Shown one piece after another: positions 52,236 through 62,546 of a stretch of 64,000 nt of DNA; within the stretch, counting starts at the first letter, position 1, and each line of letters opens with the position of its first letter. A program made the position numbers and the translations under genes. This DNA comes from Octopus vulgaris (Eukaryota). The stretch covers positions 133,796,001 to 133,860,000 of the forward strand of contig OX597814.1 in assembly GCA_951406725.2 (NCBI GenBank). The letters are read 5' to 3'. The notes beneath the pieces were generated by a model that saw only the letters and a program-made list of their open reading frames with translations, searched no databases and was not told the origin of the DNA.

Positions 52236-52629
52236 CTAGCAGTATCGCCCGGCGTTGCTCGGGTTTGTAAGGGAAATAATTATATAAGCATTTTTAGAGA
52301 TGTAAAGTATAATAGCCATCTCAATATGGCTAACCACAAAGGGGGAGGGTGTTACTGTAGCTTTTTACGTTCTGAGATTTAATAATAAATTTTAGAGAGT
52401 TACTTCCCTTATATATGTCAAAAATGGATTAAAAATGGGAAAAATTGATGGTAAATTTTTTTTTAAATCGTAGACTCATCGTAGACGCGCGCTAATACCC
52501 AGACGGTCTCGATATGAATCACGACTATAAGATACCCGGTTTTGGTTAAACTGCACCGCAAAATGTGGGAGTAGTTAGGAATCTAAATCGTAGGAGACAG
52601 ACACACAACCTCACTTTTATATATAAAGA
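52236..52629 (-). mobile_element. Non-autonomous Helitron, copy 2
   Basis: Same termini as 50131-50766 (5'-TC, 3' hairpin + CTAG) with a different interior. Confidence 0.8.
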
Positions 52630-52795
52630 TTTCCTCTATTTACATAATATTGAGGTCTCTTTCTTTCTTTTGTTATCTTACTGTTTTTACCAATATACAT
52701 ATATACATATATATATATAAATATATACATAGTTACAGAGATGTACTTGCATAGCAAGTGACTTGATCTGAGATCGTGTGCTGGAACGAAAACAG

Positions 52796-53054
52796 TTGCA
52801 GCGTTGAAGGTGTTTATAAGCCATTTAAGAAACACACAAAAACCGTTAGATTCACTTCAACATTTAAATTTAATTTGTCAAAATATTTTCGTCGCTTTGA
52901 GACCGCGACCTGTTAGCACGATATTTTTGTTAGTGAACAGGTCGCGGTCTGAAAGCGACGAAAATATTTTGGCAAATTAAATTTAAATGTTGAAGTGAAT
53001 GTAACGGTTTTTGTGTGTTTCTTAAATGGCTTACAAACACCTTCCACGCTGCAA
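52796..53054. repeat. ~260-bp palindrome (arms ~118 bp)
   Basis: TTGCAGCGTTGAAGGTG...GACCGCGACCTGTT / AACAGGTCGCGGTC...CACCTTCCACGCTGCAA. Confidence 0.9.
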
Positions 53055-53129
53055 TATATATATACACACATATATATATATGTATGTATGTATGTATGTG
53101 TGTATATGTGTATGCATGTATGTGTGTGT

Positions 53130-53350
53130 GTGTGCGTGTCTGTGCTTGTGATTGTCCTCCACCACTGCTTGACAACGAATGTTGGTTTGTTTACATCCCT
53201 GTCACCTAGTGGTTTGACAAAGGAAACAGATAGAATAAGTACAATGCTTACAAAAATAAAACTGGAGTTGATTCATTAAACTACAATTCTTCAAGGCATT
53301 GCCCCAGCATGGCCACAGACCAATGGCTGGAAAAAGCAGAAGAATAAAAG
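53130..53350 (+). mobile_element. SINE family A, 3' half
   Basis: GCTTGACAAC...GATAGAATAAGTAC...CCAGCATGGCCACAG. Confidence 0.7.
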
Positions 53351-53420
53351 AATACATTCTCTGCTTTGGTCATATGTTGAAGGCATGAGAAAGCTTGAGT
53401 TTACATGAGAAGGCCTAACA

Positions 53421-53898
53421 GACCTGGTAGAAACAGCAGCCAAATCTCCCTCAAATCACACCTTACTGTCTTATGTATGTATATATATATGAGCCAATGA
53501 GGGGGACCTCTACATGGTAGCTAGACCTGGTAGAAATAGCAGCCAAATTCCCCCAAATCACACCTTACTGTCTTATCAATGTATATATGTATGTATGAGC
53601 CTATGAGGGAGACCCCTACATGGCAGCTAGACCTGGTAGAAATAGCAGCCAAATTTCCCCCAAATCACACCTTACTGTCTTATCTATGTATATATGTATG
53701 TATGAGCCTATGAGGGAGACCCCTACATGGCAGCTAGACCTGGTAGAAATAGCAGCCAAATTTCCCCCAAATCACACCTTACTGTCTTATCTATGTATAT
53801 ATGTATGTATGAGCCTATGAGGGAGACCCCTACATGGCAGCTAGACATGGTAGAAATAGCAGCCAAATCTCCCTCAAATCACACCTTACTGTCTTATC
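53421..53898. repeat. Minisatellite, ~107-bp unit x ~4.5
   Basis: GACCTGGTAGAAATAGCAGCCAAAT... recurs at about 53421, 53524, 53630, 53737 and 53844. Confidence 0.95.
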
Positions 53899-54136
53899 TT
53901 TCTGCTACTTGGATATAGGTGTTATATTCGTCGTAAAAAAACTTTCCTGTCACACACTCACGCACACGCACACACACACACACGCACCCTCACACACACA
54001 CACACGCGCACACCCACACACACCCACTCACACACACGCACGTTAGCTTACAATTTTATTTATATATTTGCGTGTCTGTGTGGAAAGAGGAAGTGGGAGG
54101 CAGAGTGAAAGAATCACTCACTACAGTAAGTCAATT

Positions 54137-54402
54137 ACTTTCATTTTATTCGTTGCCCACTGTGTGTGTGCGTTTGCGTGTGCTGTAAACCAGACTAAGA
54201 AAAGCATTTGACACACACACCAGAATGTGAGTTTTCTGTAAATTTTGCTTAACTGGAGTTTAAATTTTAAAAACTGGACCTGGCATGACGCGATGCATTG
54301 TACTCTTAAAAATGCTAGGTAAATTGTAATTGAAGAAATCCTATATTGTAGATTTGTATAACTCCCAAAGGGAGGCAGATAAAATCTGCCTTTTATAATA
54401 AG
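54137..54402 (-). mobile_element. Short Helitron-like repeat, copy 2
   Basis: Duplicate of 51970-52235. Confidence 0.55.
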
Positions 54403-54431
54403 ATATATATATATATATATATATATATATG

Positions 54432-54632
54432 GTTAATCCAAACATGAAAGCACAAAAACACAACAACGTGAGGATGTGGAACAAATATACTATTATTGGA
54501 CGCTTAGGAAAGAAGGAAAGAAGGAGGGTTTAACGTTTCGAGCGGAGCTCTTCGTCGGAAACATAGGAGAAGGAAAGATCCAGAGAAGGGAAGACAGAGT
54601 AAAAAAATCGCCAACGGTACACACGCGGTCAC

Positions 54633-54635
<3 letters not shown>
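54432..54635 (-). mobile_element. Short HHR-containing repeat, copy 2; HHR-like motif at 54528-54562
   Basis: Near-identical to 26737-26915; embedded in (TA)n. Confidence 0.7.
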
Positions 54636-54709
<74 letters not shown>

Positions 54710-55092
54710 TATATGTATATGAATGTATACACGTATTTGTATACATGCTATATACCAAAGCACGCATGTATTTGTAGGTGTGCGCGCGCATGGTGTGAAC
54801 TCATTGTAAATTACTGGCAATTATATTAAAAATTGATTGTATTAAGTATTATGATCATGTAAGTAGCAATAAGTAAACGAAAATATATAAGCCTACTTAT
54901 GGAAATGGAGCCAAGTTGGTTGAATCGTGTAAGTAATATCAAATTTGATATGTAAATTTTATTGTATAAATGTGTAGCTCCTTATAAAAAGATGTTTATG
55001 CGCTTCTTAAATGCGGTTTTAATCTCCACATACACTATGTTATCTGCGAAGGATAAGTCGTCCTCATATGTTATATATATATATCATGTTAT

Positions 55093-55419
55093 GTGAGGGC
55101 GCGTGGCTTAGTGGTTAGGGCATTCGGCTCATGATCGTAAGGTTGTGAGTTCAATTCCCGGCGACGCGTTGTGTCCTTGAGCAAGACACTTTATTTCACG
55201 TTGCTCCAGTCCACTCAGCTGGCAAAAATGAGTTGTACTTGTATTTCAAAGGGTCAGCCTTGTCACTCTCTGTGTCACGCTGATTATCCCCGAGAACTAC
55301 GTTAAGGGTACACGTGTCTGTGGAATGCTCAGCCATTTGCACGTTAATTTCACGAGCAAGCTGTTCCGTTGATCGTATCAGCTGGGACCCTCGTCGTCGT
55401 AACCGGCGGAGTCTTTTTA
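55093..55419 (+). mobile_element. Full-length tRNA-derived SINE family C with 12-bp TSD
   Basis: A-box TGGCTTAGTGG, B-box GAGTTCAATTCCC; flanked by ATATCATGTTAT at 55081-55092 and 55420-55431. Confidence 0.9.
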
Positions 55420-55427
55420 ATATCATG

Positions 55428-55492
<65 letters not shown>

Positions 55493-55581
55493 TAAGGGTA
55501 GAAATCAATATTTATCAATTAAAACCAGTGGTCTAGCATATTAAAAAAAAATCCGAAGATTAAATATTTATATATACCAAA

Positions 55582-55791
55582 TAAGGACTGAACACGAAAA
55601 GTGGACAGTCAACATGCTAGATATAGACGTCAAATCGCCATTCTCCACAAAAGATTATGTTCTCAAATCAAACTCATCACAAACTCATTACATGTGATGA
55701 GTTTGATTTGAGAACATAATTTTTGTGGAGAATGGCGATTTGACGTCTATATCTAGCATGTTGACTGTCCACTTTTCGTGTTCAGTCCTTA
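55582..55791. repeat. Near-perfect 210-bp palindrome between two (TA)n tracts
   Basis: Arms 55582-55681 and 55693-55791; 11-nt loop AACTCATTACA. Confidence 0.95.
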
Positions 55792-55795
55792 ATTG

Positions 55796-55837
<42 letters not shown>

Positions 55838-56242
55838 CAACAAAAAAGGCTAGCTGGTTTTTTATGACATTTTGCATTCTTGCAGTTAATTTGAATCAAG
55901 TTGGAAATCCTATATGCAATAGAATATGCATAAGCAACATGTAAAATGAAGGAAACCAGGTATGGTAAGTGCCGGAAAAAATTTTCTGGCAATTTAAATA
56001 AGGTCTTAAGACGTTGGAAAAGAGGAATACGATGTTTCATGACTAACGCGTTTTCTTGAAGAAAAGCGTTTGTTTTTTGCTTCTCTCAGACGCGGTGAAA
56101 TTCTTACTAATGTGAAATTCTTACTAATGGCGGACAAATTTGGTGATAGAGTATGTAAGTATAAATATATTTAATGCAAGATATAACTAAGGACTAACTA
56201 GCAAAAATAATTTTAATCACTAACAGGTATAATTCTGGCAGT

Positions 56243-56565
56243 GAAAGCGCGTGATTTGTGGTTAGTGTATTCAGCTCACGATCATAAGGCAGGGAGTTCG
56301 ATTACTGACGGCATTTTGTGTCCTTGAGCAAGACATGTTTCTTCACGTTGCTCCAGTCTGCTCGACTGGTAAAAGTGAATTATACCTGAAAATCAATAGG
56401 GACAGCTTTATAATATTCGGTGTTTCTAGATGAATCTCCGAGAAAATTATGTCAACGATACGCGCGTCTGTGAACCGTTCAACCATTTGCACACTATTTT
56501 CACGAACAGGCTGTTTCTTTGATCATATCAACTAGAACACCCGTTATCGTAACCAACGGAGATGC
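56243..56565 (+). mobile_element. Older copy of SINE family C
   Basis: GCGCGTGATTTGTGGTTAG...GTGTCCTTGAGCAAGACA...CGTAACCAACGGAG aligns to the 55093 copy. Confidence 0.8.
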
Positions 56566-57229
56566 CAGCCAGCCATATTTCTGGCAAACATTGAAGACAA
56601 CACTACAAGTATTTCGGTTCTTACTCTGATCTGAGGACATTATGAATGAAGAACTTAAGTAAATGAACAAATCTGTTCATTTGCTGGTATAGAAAAATAG
56701 AACAGATTGGAAATTGCATATAAAGAGGGCAACTTTTATGAAAGATAAGTGAAGTTAAATTAATGTTAACGCATTTAATCCATGAAAACCTAAGATCTAA
56801 GTAGACACAAATTATCGATAGGCTCAGGCCTGGCTGTGTGGTAAGAAGCTTGCCGAATAAAACTCCCTCCAAAGCAGAGCTAAAAATGCAATTGTCAAGT
56901 AGATATGAGGTTTTTAACAGGAGCGATATATCCAAAATTGGTAAAACTAAAAATCGTCGAGGGTAAATTAAATCTATTGTTACTGGATATGTTAAGATTA
57001 TTTAATTTCTGAACGGTTTTGCTGCCGTTTGTTTATGTAGTTTGATTTCTTTATTCATCATTTTCTACTAATATAGAGACGCGAGTAAGATTAATAATAG
57101 AGAAGCGAAAACAAAAGTTTGGAAACAGCAATGCCGCCATAACTTATGTGGAAACTATAAGCGTGCTTTCAAGGGAGATAATCAGAGAAAGACTTGAAAG
57201 TCAACATAAGATCGTAATACGTCACGTAA

Positions 57230-57445
57230 AATAATGCAAATATATCAAATAATCCAGAATCTTTGTCCGGCACCGGGTCGATACCCAATTCTAATCGGTT
57301 CGTACCAGTCACGACGCCAAACATCCCTGAAAGTTTCATCCAAATCCATCAGCGGTTTTTTGAGATATCTTGTCCACGGACAAACAAACAAACAAACAAA
57401 CACGACTGAAACAATTCCTCCGCTTTCGCTAAGGTGGATGTAATA
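57230..57445 (+). mobile_element. HINE/DINE-1-like (Helentron-associated) 3' end
   Basis: AAAGTTTCATCCAAATCC core, (CAAA)n tract, subterminal hairpin CTCCGC..GGTGGA before TAATAA. Confidence 0.45.
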
Positions 57446-57629
57446 AAAGGAATATAGTGAACACAAAACAATAGAGGAGAGTAAGTAAGCAATAAGAAAT
57501 AAGAAGACTTTGTATTTGATTTGCAAATTCTTGATGTCAAGTGTATAAAAAATATAAGCTCTGAAAAATAACAGAAAATAGAAGAAAACAAAGCAAAGGT
57601 ATATAGTACATTTTATATTCAATCCGTCA

Positions 57630-57997
57630 TCTTTTACTTATCTTTGGTCTGCAACCATGCTGTTGCATCGCTTTGAAGGGTTTTTGTTTAATGATTCGAC
57701 CCCAGTGTTAAATTTTAAGTTAGGTACTTATTCTATTGATCTTTTTTTGCCGAACTGCTTATTTACAGAAATGTGAACAAACCAACACCAGTTGTTAAGT
57801 GATGGTGGGGAGACAAGCACAAGCAAAAAGACACACAGATATATACATAGCTTCCGTCTTCCAAATCCACTCACAAGGCTTTGATCGGTCCGGGTTTATA
57901 GTGGAAGATATTTGCCCAAGCTGCAGGGCATTGGGACTGAACCCAAGACCACATGGTTGGGAAGCAAGCTTCGGACCGCATTGCCACGCCTGAGCCT
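57630..57997 (-). mobile_element. Decayed SINE family A
   Basis: CCAAATCCACTCACAAGGCTTTG, TTGCCCAAG, GGGACTGAACCC, ACTTATTCTATTGATC. Confidence 0.75.
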
Positions 57998-58029
57998 ATT
58001 TATTTACAAATATATAATCTGTGTGTGTA

Positions 58030-58069
<40 letters not shown>

Positions 58070-58274
58070 GTGTGTGTATGTGTGTGTGTGAGTTGTGTGT
58101 GTGTGTAAACTCTTGTATGCAGAGGCTTCAGTGTAAAGAAGAAGAGAAAAAAGAAGACAATATGCTGAAACAGTGCAAAAATATATTGTATATGTTAAAC
58201 GACAGGTTTCAATTTCGTAACTCTCATAAATATCAATTCCAAATATTGGCAGAAGACCAGTAGATTTGGAGAGG

Positions 58275-58430
58275 GAGTAACTCGAATACATCGACCCCAC
58301 TGCTCAATTAGTATTTATTTTATCCCGCCCCCAAGTATGAAATTCTAAGTCGACGTCGGTGGAATTTGAACTCAGGACGTAAAGACGGACGAAACACCTT
58401 TAAGCATATTGCCAGGCGTGCCAACAATTC
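58275..58430 (-). mobile_element. Older SINE family B copy, cut within its A-box
   Basis: TACATCGACCCC...AAGTCGACGTCGGTGGAATTTGAACTCAG...TGCCAACAATTC. Confidence 0.75.
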
Positions 58431-58657
58431 TTATTTCTTTAATACCCACAAGGGGCTAAACACAGAAGGGACAAACAAGGACAGACAAACGGATTAAGTC
58501 AATTACATCGCCCCCAGTGCGTAACTGGTACTTAATTTATCGACCCCGAAAGGATGAAAGTCGACCTCGGCGTAATTTGAACTCATAACGTAACGGCAGA
58601 CGAAATACGGCTACGCATTTCGCCCGGCGTGCTAACGATTCTGCCAGTTCGCCGCCT
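58431..58657 (-). mobile_element. Full-length tRNA-SINE family B with Tx1-like 3' tail
   Basis: Head GGCGGCGAACTGGCAGAATCGTTAG, B-box GAGTTCAAATTAC; tail TTGTCCCTTCTGTGTTTAGCCCCTTGTGGGTATTAAAG matches the 3' end of elements A and B. Confidence 0.88.
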
Positions 58658-59414
58658 TTATAACACTTATAAATATTAACATAAACTTTTTTTAAAAGAT
58701 TAAATAGATATATTGTAACAAACAAAACAGTTCTTGTCTCTAAGAAATTCCCGCTTATATAATTCTTTTGGATGATTTTGAAACTGAAGATATTCGTTTC
58801 AGTACCTAGAAAATGTTAATGCATATTCTCAATTCTCTAAATATTTTTGATTGATGACAATATTGATTATAACTTATTACCAAGCGACATAAATTCTGAA
58901 GTTTGAGAGAGTTGCCATTCTGCTATATATCTATATTATAAGAATATTTGAAGCCGATATTATATAATATATCTACTCGATATAGCACAATGTTTATGAG
59001 GGACAGTATGTATTTTCAAATTTGACTCAAATCCTACAACATATCTGTTTTTCTCTTTCTCGCTGAATAGATATGAGGGTGTAACATGTTTTCCACTTTC
59101 AAGTAGGTTCCAGAAACTCATTCCGAAGTGTGATATATATATGAGTGTCTTTAATATTCTTTTCTCAAACTATCCACAACGCGCAGGTGGTCATTTGCAT
59201 GGTTTTAGAACTTGATACACTTATAAAAACACAATTTTCTTTCTCTATTACATGGATTGATATTTATATCATACGTTATTTACCTCTGGTCAATATATCT
59301 TTCTATCATTCTTCCTCTATATCACCCTTTTCCCTTGTACTTCACTGTGTATGTGTACGTGTGCGTGTTTGTACGTGTATATGTGTGTACGTATGTATGT
59401 ATATATACACATAT

Positions 59415-59455
<41 letters not shown>

Positions 59456-59484
59456 CATATACATAGATATACATACATACATAG

Positions 59485-59534
<50 letters not shown>

Positions 59535-60130
59535 CAGGAAAGAGGGGGAGAGAAGAAAAGAAAATGAGAGAGAAATAAATACTTTCAAGAAGCGTATCTA
59601 AGAACATCTTCGTGTACATATCGGTTTCAGAAAATGGACATAGTGCTTGACGTTGGAAAATGGTGATATTTCAAACGTATTAGTTCCAGACATTTCTTTT
59701 ATGCATATGTGCTTGCTTGTATGTATTCCGAGCGTATGCATAAGTATATAATGTTTTCAGAATGTCTTTCAAAGGAAGTCTTCAGGGCAGCTTTAAAGGT
59801 TTGCTGATGGTGACATCAGCAGGCTGTATAATTTCCATATACGAGTTCTTTTTTAGTCAATGGTCGGCTATCTTTATATCGACTCGATTTTATGACGAGG
59901 ACAGTTTCAATTTTATACAAAACACAAGGTCTTGAATGTAGAATATTTATAAAAGTAATGCAAATAAGGTTGTAGCATTAGTACTCGTGCTTCTCTCCGA
60001 GGAGAGCATCACAAGCTGAAGGTGCGAAACAAAAGTGCTACTATTGCAATTACAAAGACACACACACATCTTCAGACATACATACATTCACACACACACA
60101 TACACACGCATATATGTTTGTATATGTATA

Positions 60131-60549
60131 CTCTTTACTCTTTACTCTTTTACTTGTTTCAGTCATTTGACTGCGGCCGTGCTGGAGCACCGCCTTTAGT
60201 CGAGCAAATCGACCCCGGGACCTATTCTTTGTAAGTCCAGTACTTATTATATCGGTCTCTTTTGCCGAACCGCTAAGTGACGGGGACGTAAACACACCAG
60301 CATCGGTTGTCAAGCAATGCTAGGGGGACAAACACAGACACACAAACACACACACATACACACATATATTTATATATACATATATACGACAGGCTTCTTT
60401 CTGTTTTCGTCTACCAAATCCACTCACAAGGCATTGGTCGGCCCGGGGCTATAGTAGAAGACATTTGCCCAAGATGCCACGCAGTGGACTGAACTCGGAA
60501 CCATGTGGTTGGTTAGCAAGCTACTTACCACACAGCCACTCCTGCGCCT
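60131..60549 (-). mobile_element. Full-length tRNA-SINE family A
   Basis: Reverse complement of the 42315-42766 copy; (GAGTAAA)n tail. Confidence 0.9.
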
Positions 60550-60582
60550 ATATGTATGTGCGCATAAATATATATGTGCGTG

Positions 60583-60613
<31 letters not shown>

Positions 60614-60716
60614 CGGAGTAAACACATAAATGTGAAACAAGGTGGAAAAAAGAGTACTCAAATACCAGTGGTAGAGTAATATGCTTTATTTTAAGCAGCA
60701 GAAAATTCAACAAAAT

Positions 60717-60754
60717 CTGTTACTCTGAGTTTCTCGTTGCCATTCATCAGACAG
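60717..60754 (-). ncRNA. Minimal type I hammerhead ribozyme (38 nt)
   Basis: Minus: CTGT CTGATGA A-TG-GCAA-CG-A GAAA CTCAGAG TA ACAG; GNRA loop II; GUA triplet. Confidence 0.7.
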
Positions 60755-61396
60755 TTTTTGCTAGAATGGAACATATATATTAATTCAATCTATACTCTTA
60801 CAAACGCTACATCTTTAAAAAGAAATGGACTTGTTTGATTGGCCCTTTAGAAAAAACGGTCAATCTTCGAGCGATAAACAAAAGGTCAAAAATATATGTA
60901 TATATATATAAAAAAACTTATAAAAATTATAAAATCCGAGGAAAAAACCGAGGAAAAAACCTATTGCCGTTAATGAAGACAGTACAAATTAATGCATAGA
61001 AATTAAACCTGTTATAAATACTGCAATACATATTTATATTAAAATCCACATATATATATCAACATACACAAAAGGATGCGCGTAAACGCCATACATACAT
61101 ATACAGACGTATGAATATGAATCTAAATTATACACATAAAAGCATGTGTACATATATTCACGCAAACCGTCTCGCACGCAAGCTAAAATTCATCTATGTA
61201 GCAATTCTCATATACTGAGCAAGGAGGGGGAACGAAAGAAAGGGAAAAGAGAAAAAGGAACGAAGGAGGGGTGGAGAAAAAACTTGTAGCGATATTATTG
61301 CCATCTATAGAGGCCAGTATACATACACAAGTTTGAATTGATACATATACATACCGTGCTTAAGCACGCATACACACGACGGTTGCTTAAAATAAA

Positions 61397-61449
<53 letters not shown>

Positions 61450-61475
61450 CAAATAAAAGCAGATTGATTGTGGTT

Positions 61476-61533
61476 CACTACAGCTGTTTCAGATGTGTGT
61501 TTTATTGATGAACAGAAGTGTCACATCATGCAG
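61476..61533 (-). ncRNA. Degenerate hammerhead-like motif
   Basis: Minus: CTGCATGATGTG...CACATC T GAAA CAGCTG TA; palindromic stem III but damaged core and stem I. Confidence 0.35.
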
Positions 61534-61791
61534 AAAAACGTTTTTTATCAAGTGAATGCAGATAAAATTTAAACATTTCAAACATTTCAAGAACAAGTAC
61601 ATTGTGCTATATTACTACCGACACACGTTCGGTCAGTGCGAATGTATGCACAACCGCAGTACACATTGGTGTTTACTTTAGTATGCAAGTACTTGGTTTT
61701 AAATATTGCTAGTACACGATAGTGCTATAACTGACTTGTCCTTGGTGCTTTACTATTTAAGGAACTGATTCTCTGGAATCCTGGAAATTTC

Positions 61792-61895
<104 letters not shown>

Positions 61896-62266
61896 ATATA
61901 TTTAAATAGAGAATAAAATGCAGAATATTAAGAAGAGCATACATAATTTCTGAATCGACAGCTCTTTCAGGAGGCTCGAATTTACGTAATAATCGTAATG
62001 TTTATACTTTTTTTATGGAATGTGCAAAAAGTCTTAGTCGCATACTACCATATGTGCGATTTCTTTCATCAGCAGAGAGTTGGCAAAAGCAGGTTTCATA
62101 GTATTGCCGGATGTTTAAAGGGTGAAGAATGGGATTTCTCTTATAGCTGCTCTTGACGCCGAGAACCTAGTCGTCAGTGAAGAATTCGGAGTTTAAGTTC
62201 AAATTCATTTAAGCGCTACTACGTGTCTTCTATCTTGATCATATGTAGCTCTCACATGTTGCTCAC

Positions 62267-62546
62267 CACCAATCATTTAGCGTGTGTTTAGGAGAATTCA
62301 CTCGGTTCCAAACATTCGATCTTGAGGTACACACCTTCCTCCCATCAGTCACAAAGACCCTACAAAGGGTGATGATCATAGTCTTCCAACCTGGCGAAAA
62401 GATAAGGAAGTTTGGCTCGTGTTTTTCTGTCCAAAAACTGATTTGCTTTTTGAGTTTGTGAAACTTTAAGTAATACATATCTAGGGTCATTATATTAATG
62501 CAAGTATTTACTCACCGCTGTTAATGTTCTTCTGACGCAGATTCAT
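62267..62546 (-). other. Candidate pair of spliced exons (62546-62516, 62390-62267)
   Basis: ATG...AGCG|GTGAGT donor, 125-bp intron ending CTTTTCGCCAG, 124-bp exon ending TG|GTGAG; phases are compatible; no recognisable homology. Confidence 0.3.

Noticed and set aside
53421-53898. CRISPR-like array
   Set aside because: Whole units repeat with no unique spacers, the context is eukaryotic, and there are no cas genes
55093-55165. tRNA genes at SINE heads (also 42315 and 58657)
   Set aside because: A and B boxes are present but there is no complete acceptor stem, and each continues into a SINE body (with a TSD at 55093)
56627-56684. Candidate third exon of the minus-strand transcript
   Set aside because: Splice-like sites are present but it gives an immediate stop in the required phase, and such motifs occur by chance in AT-rich DNA
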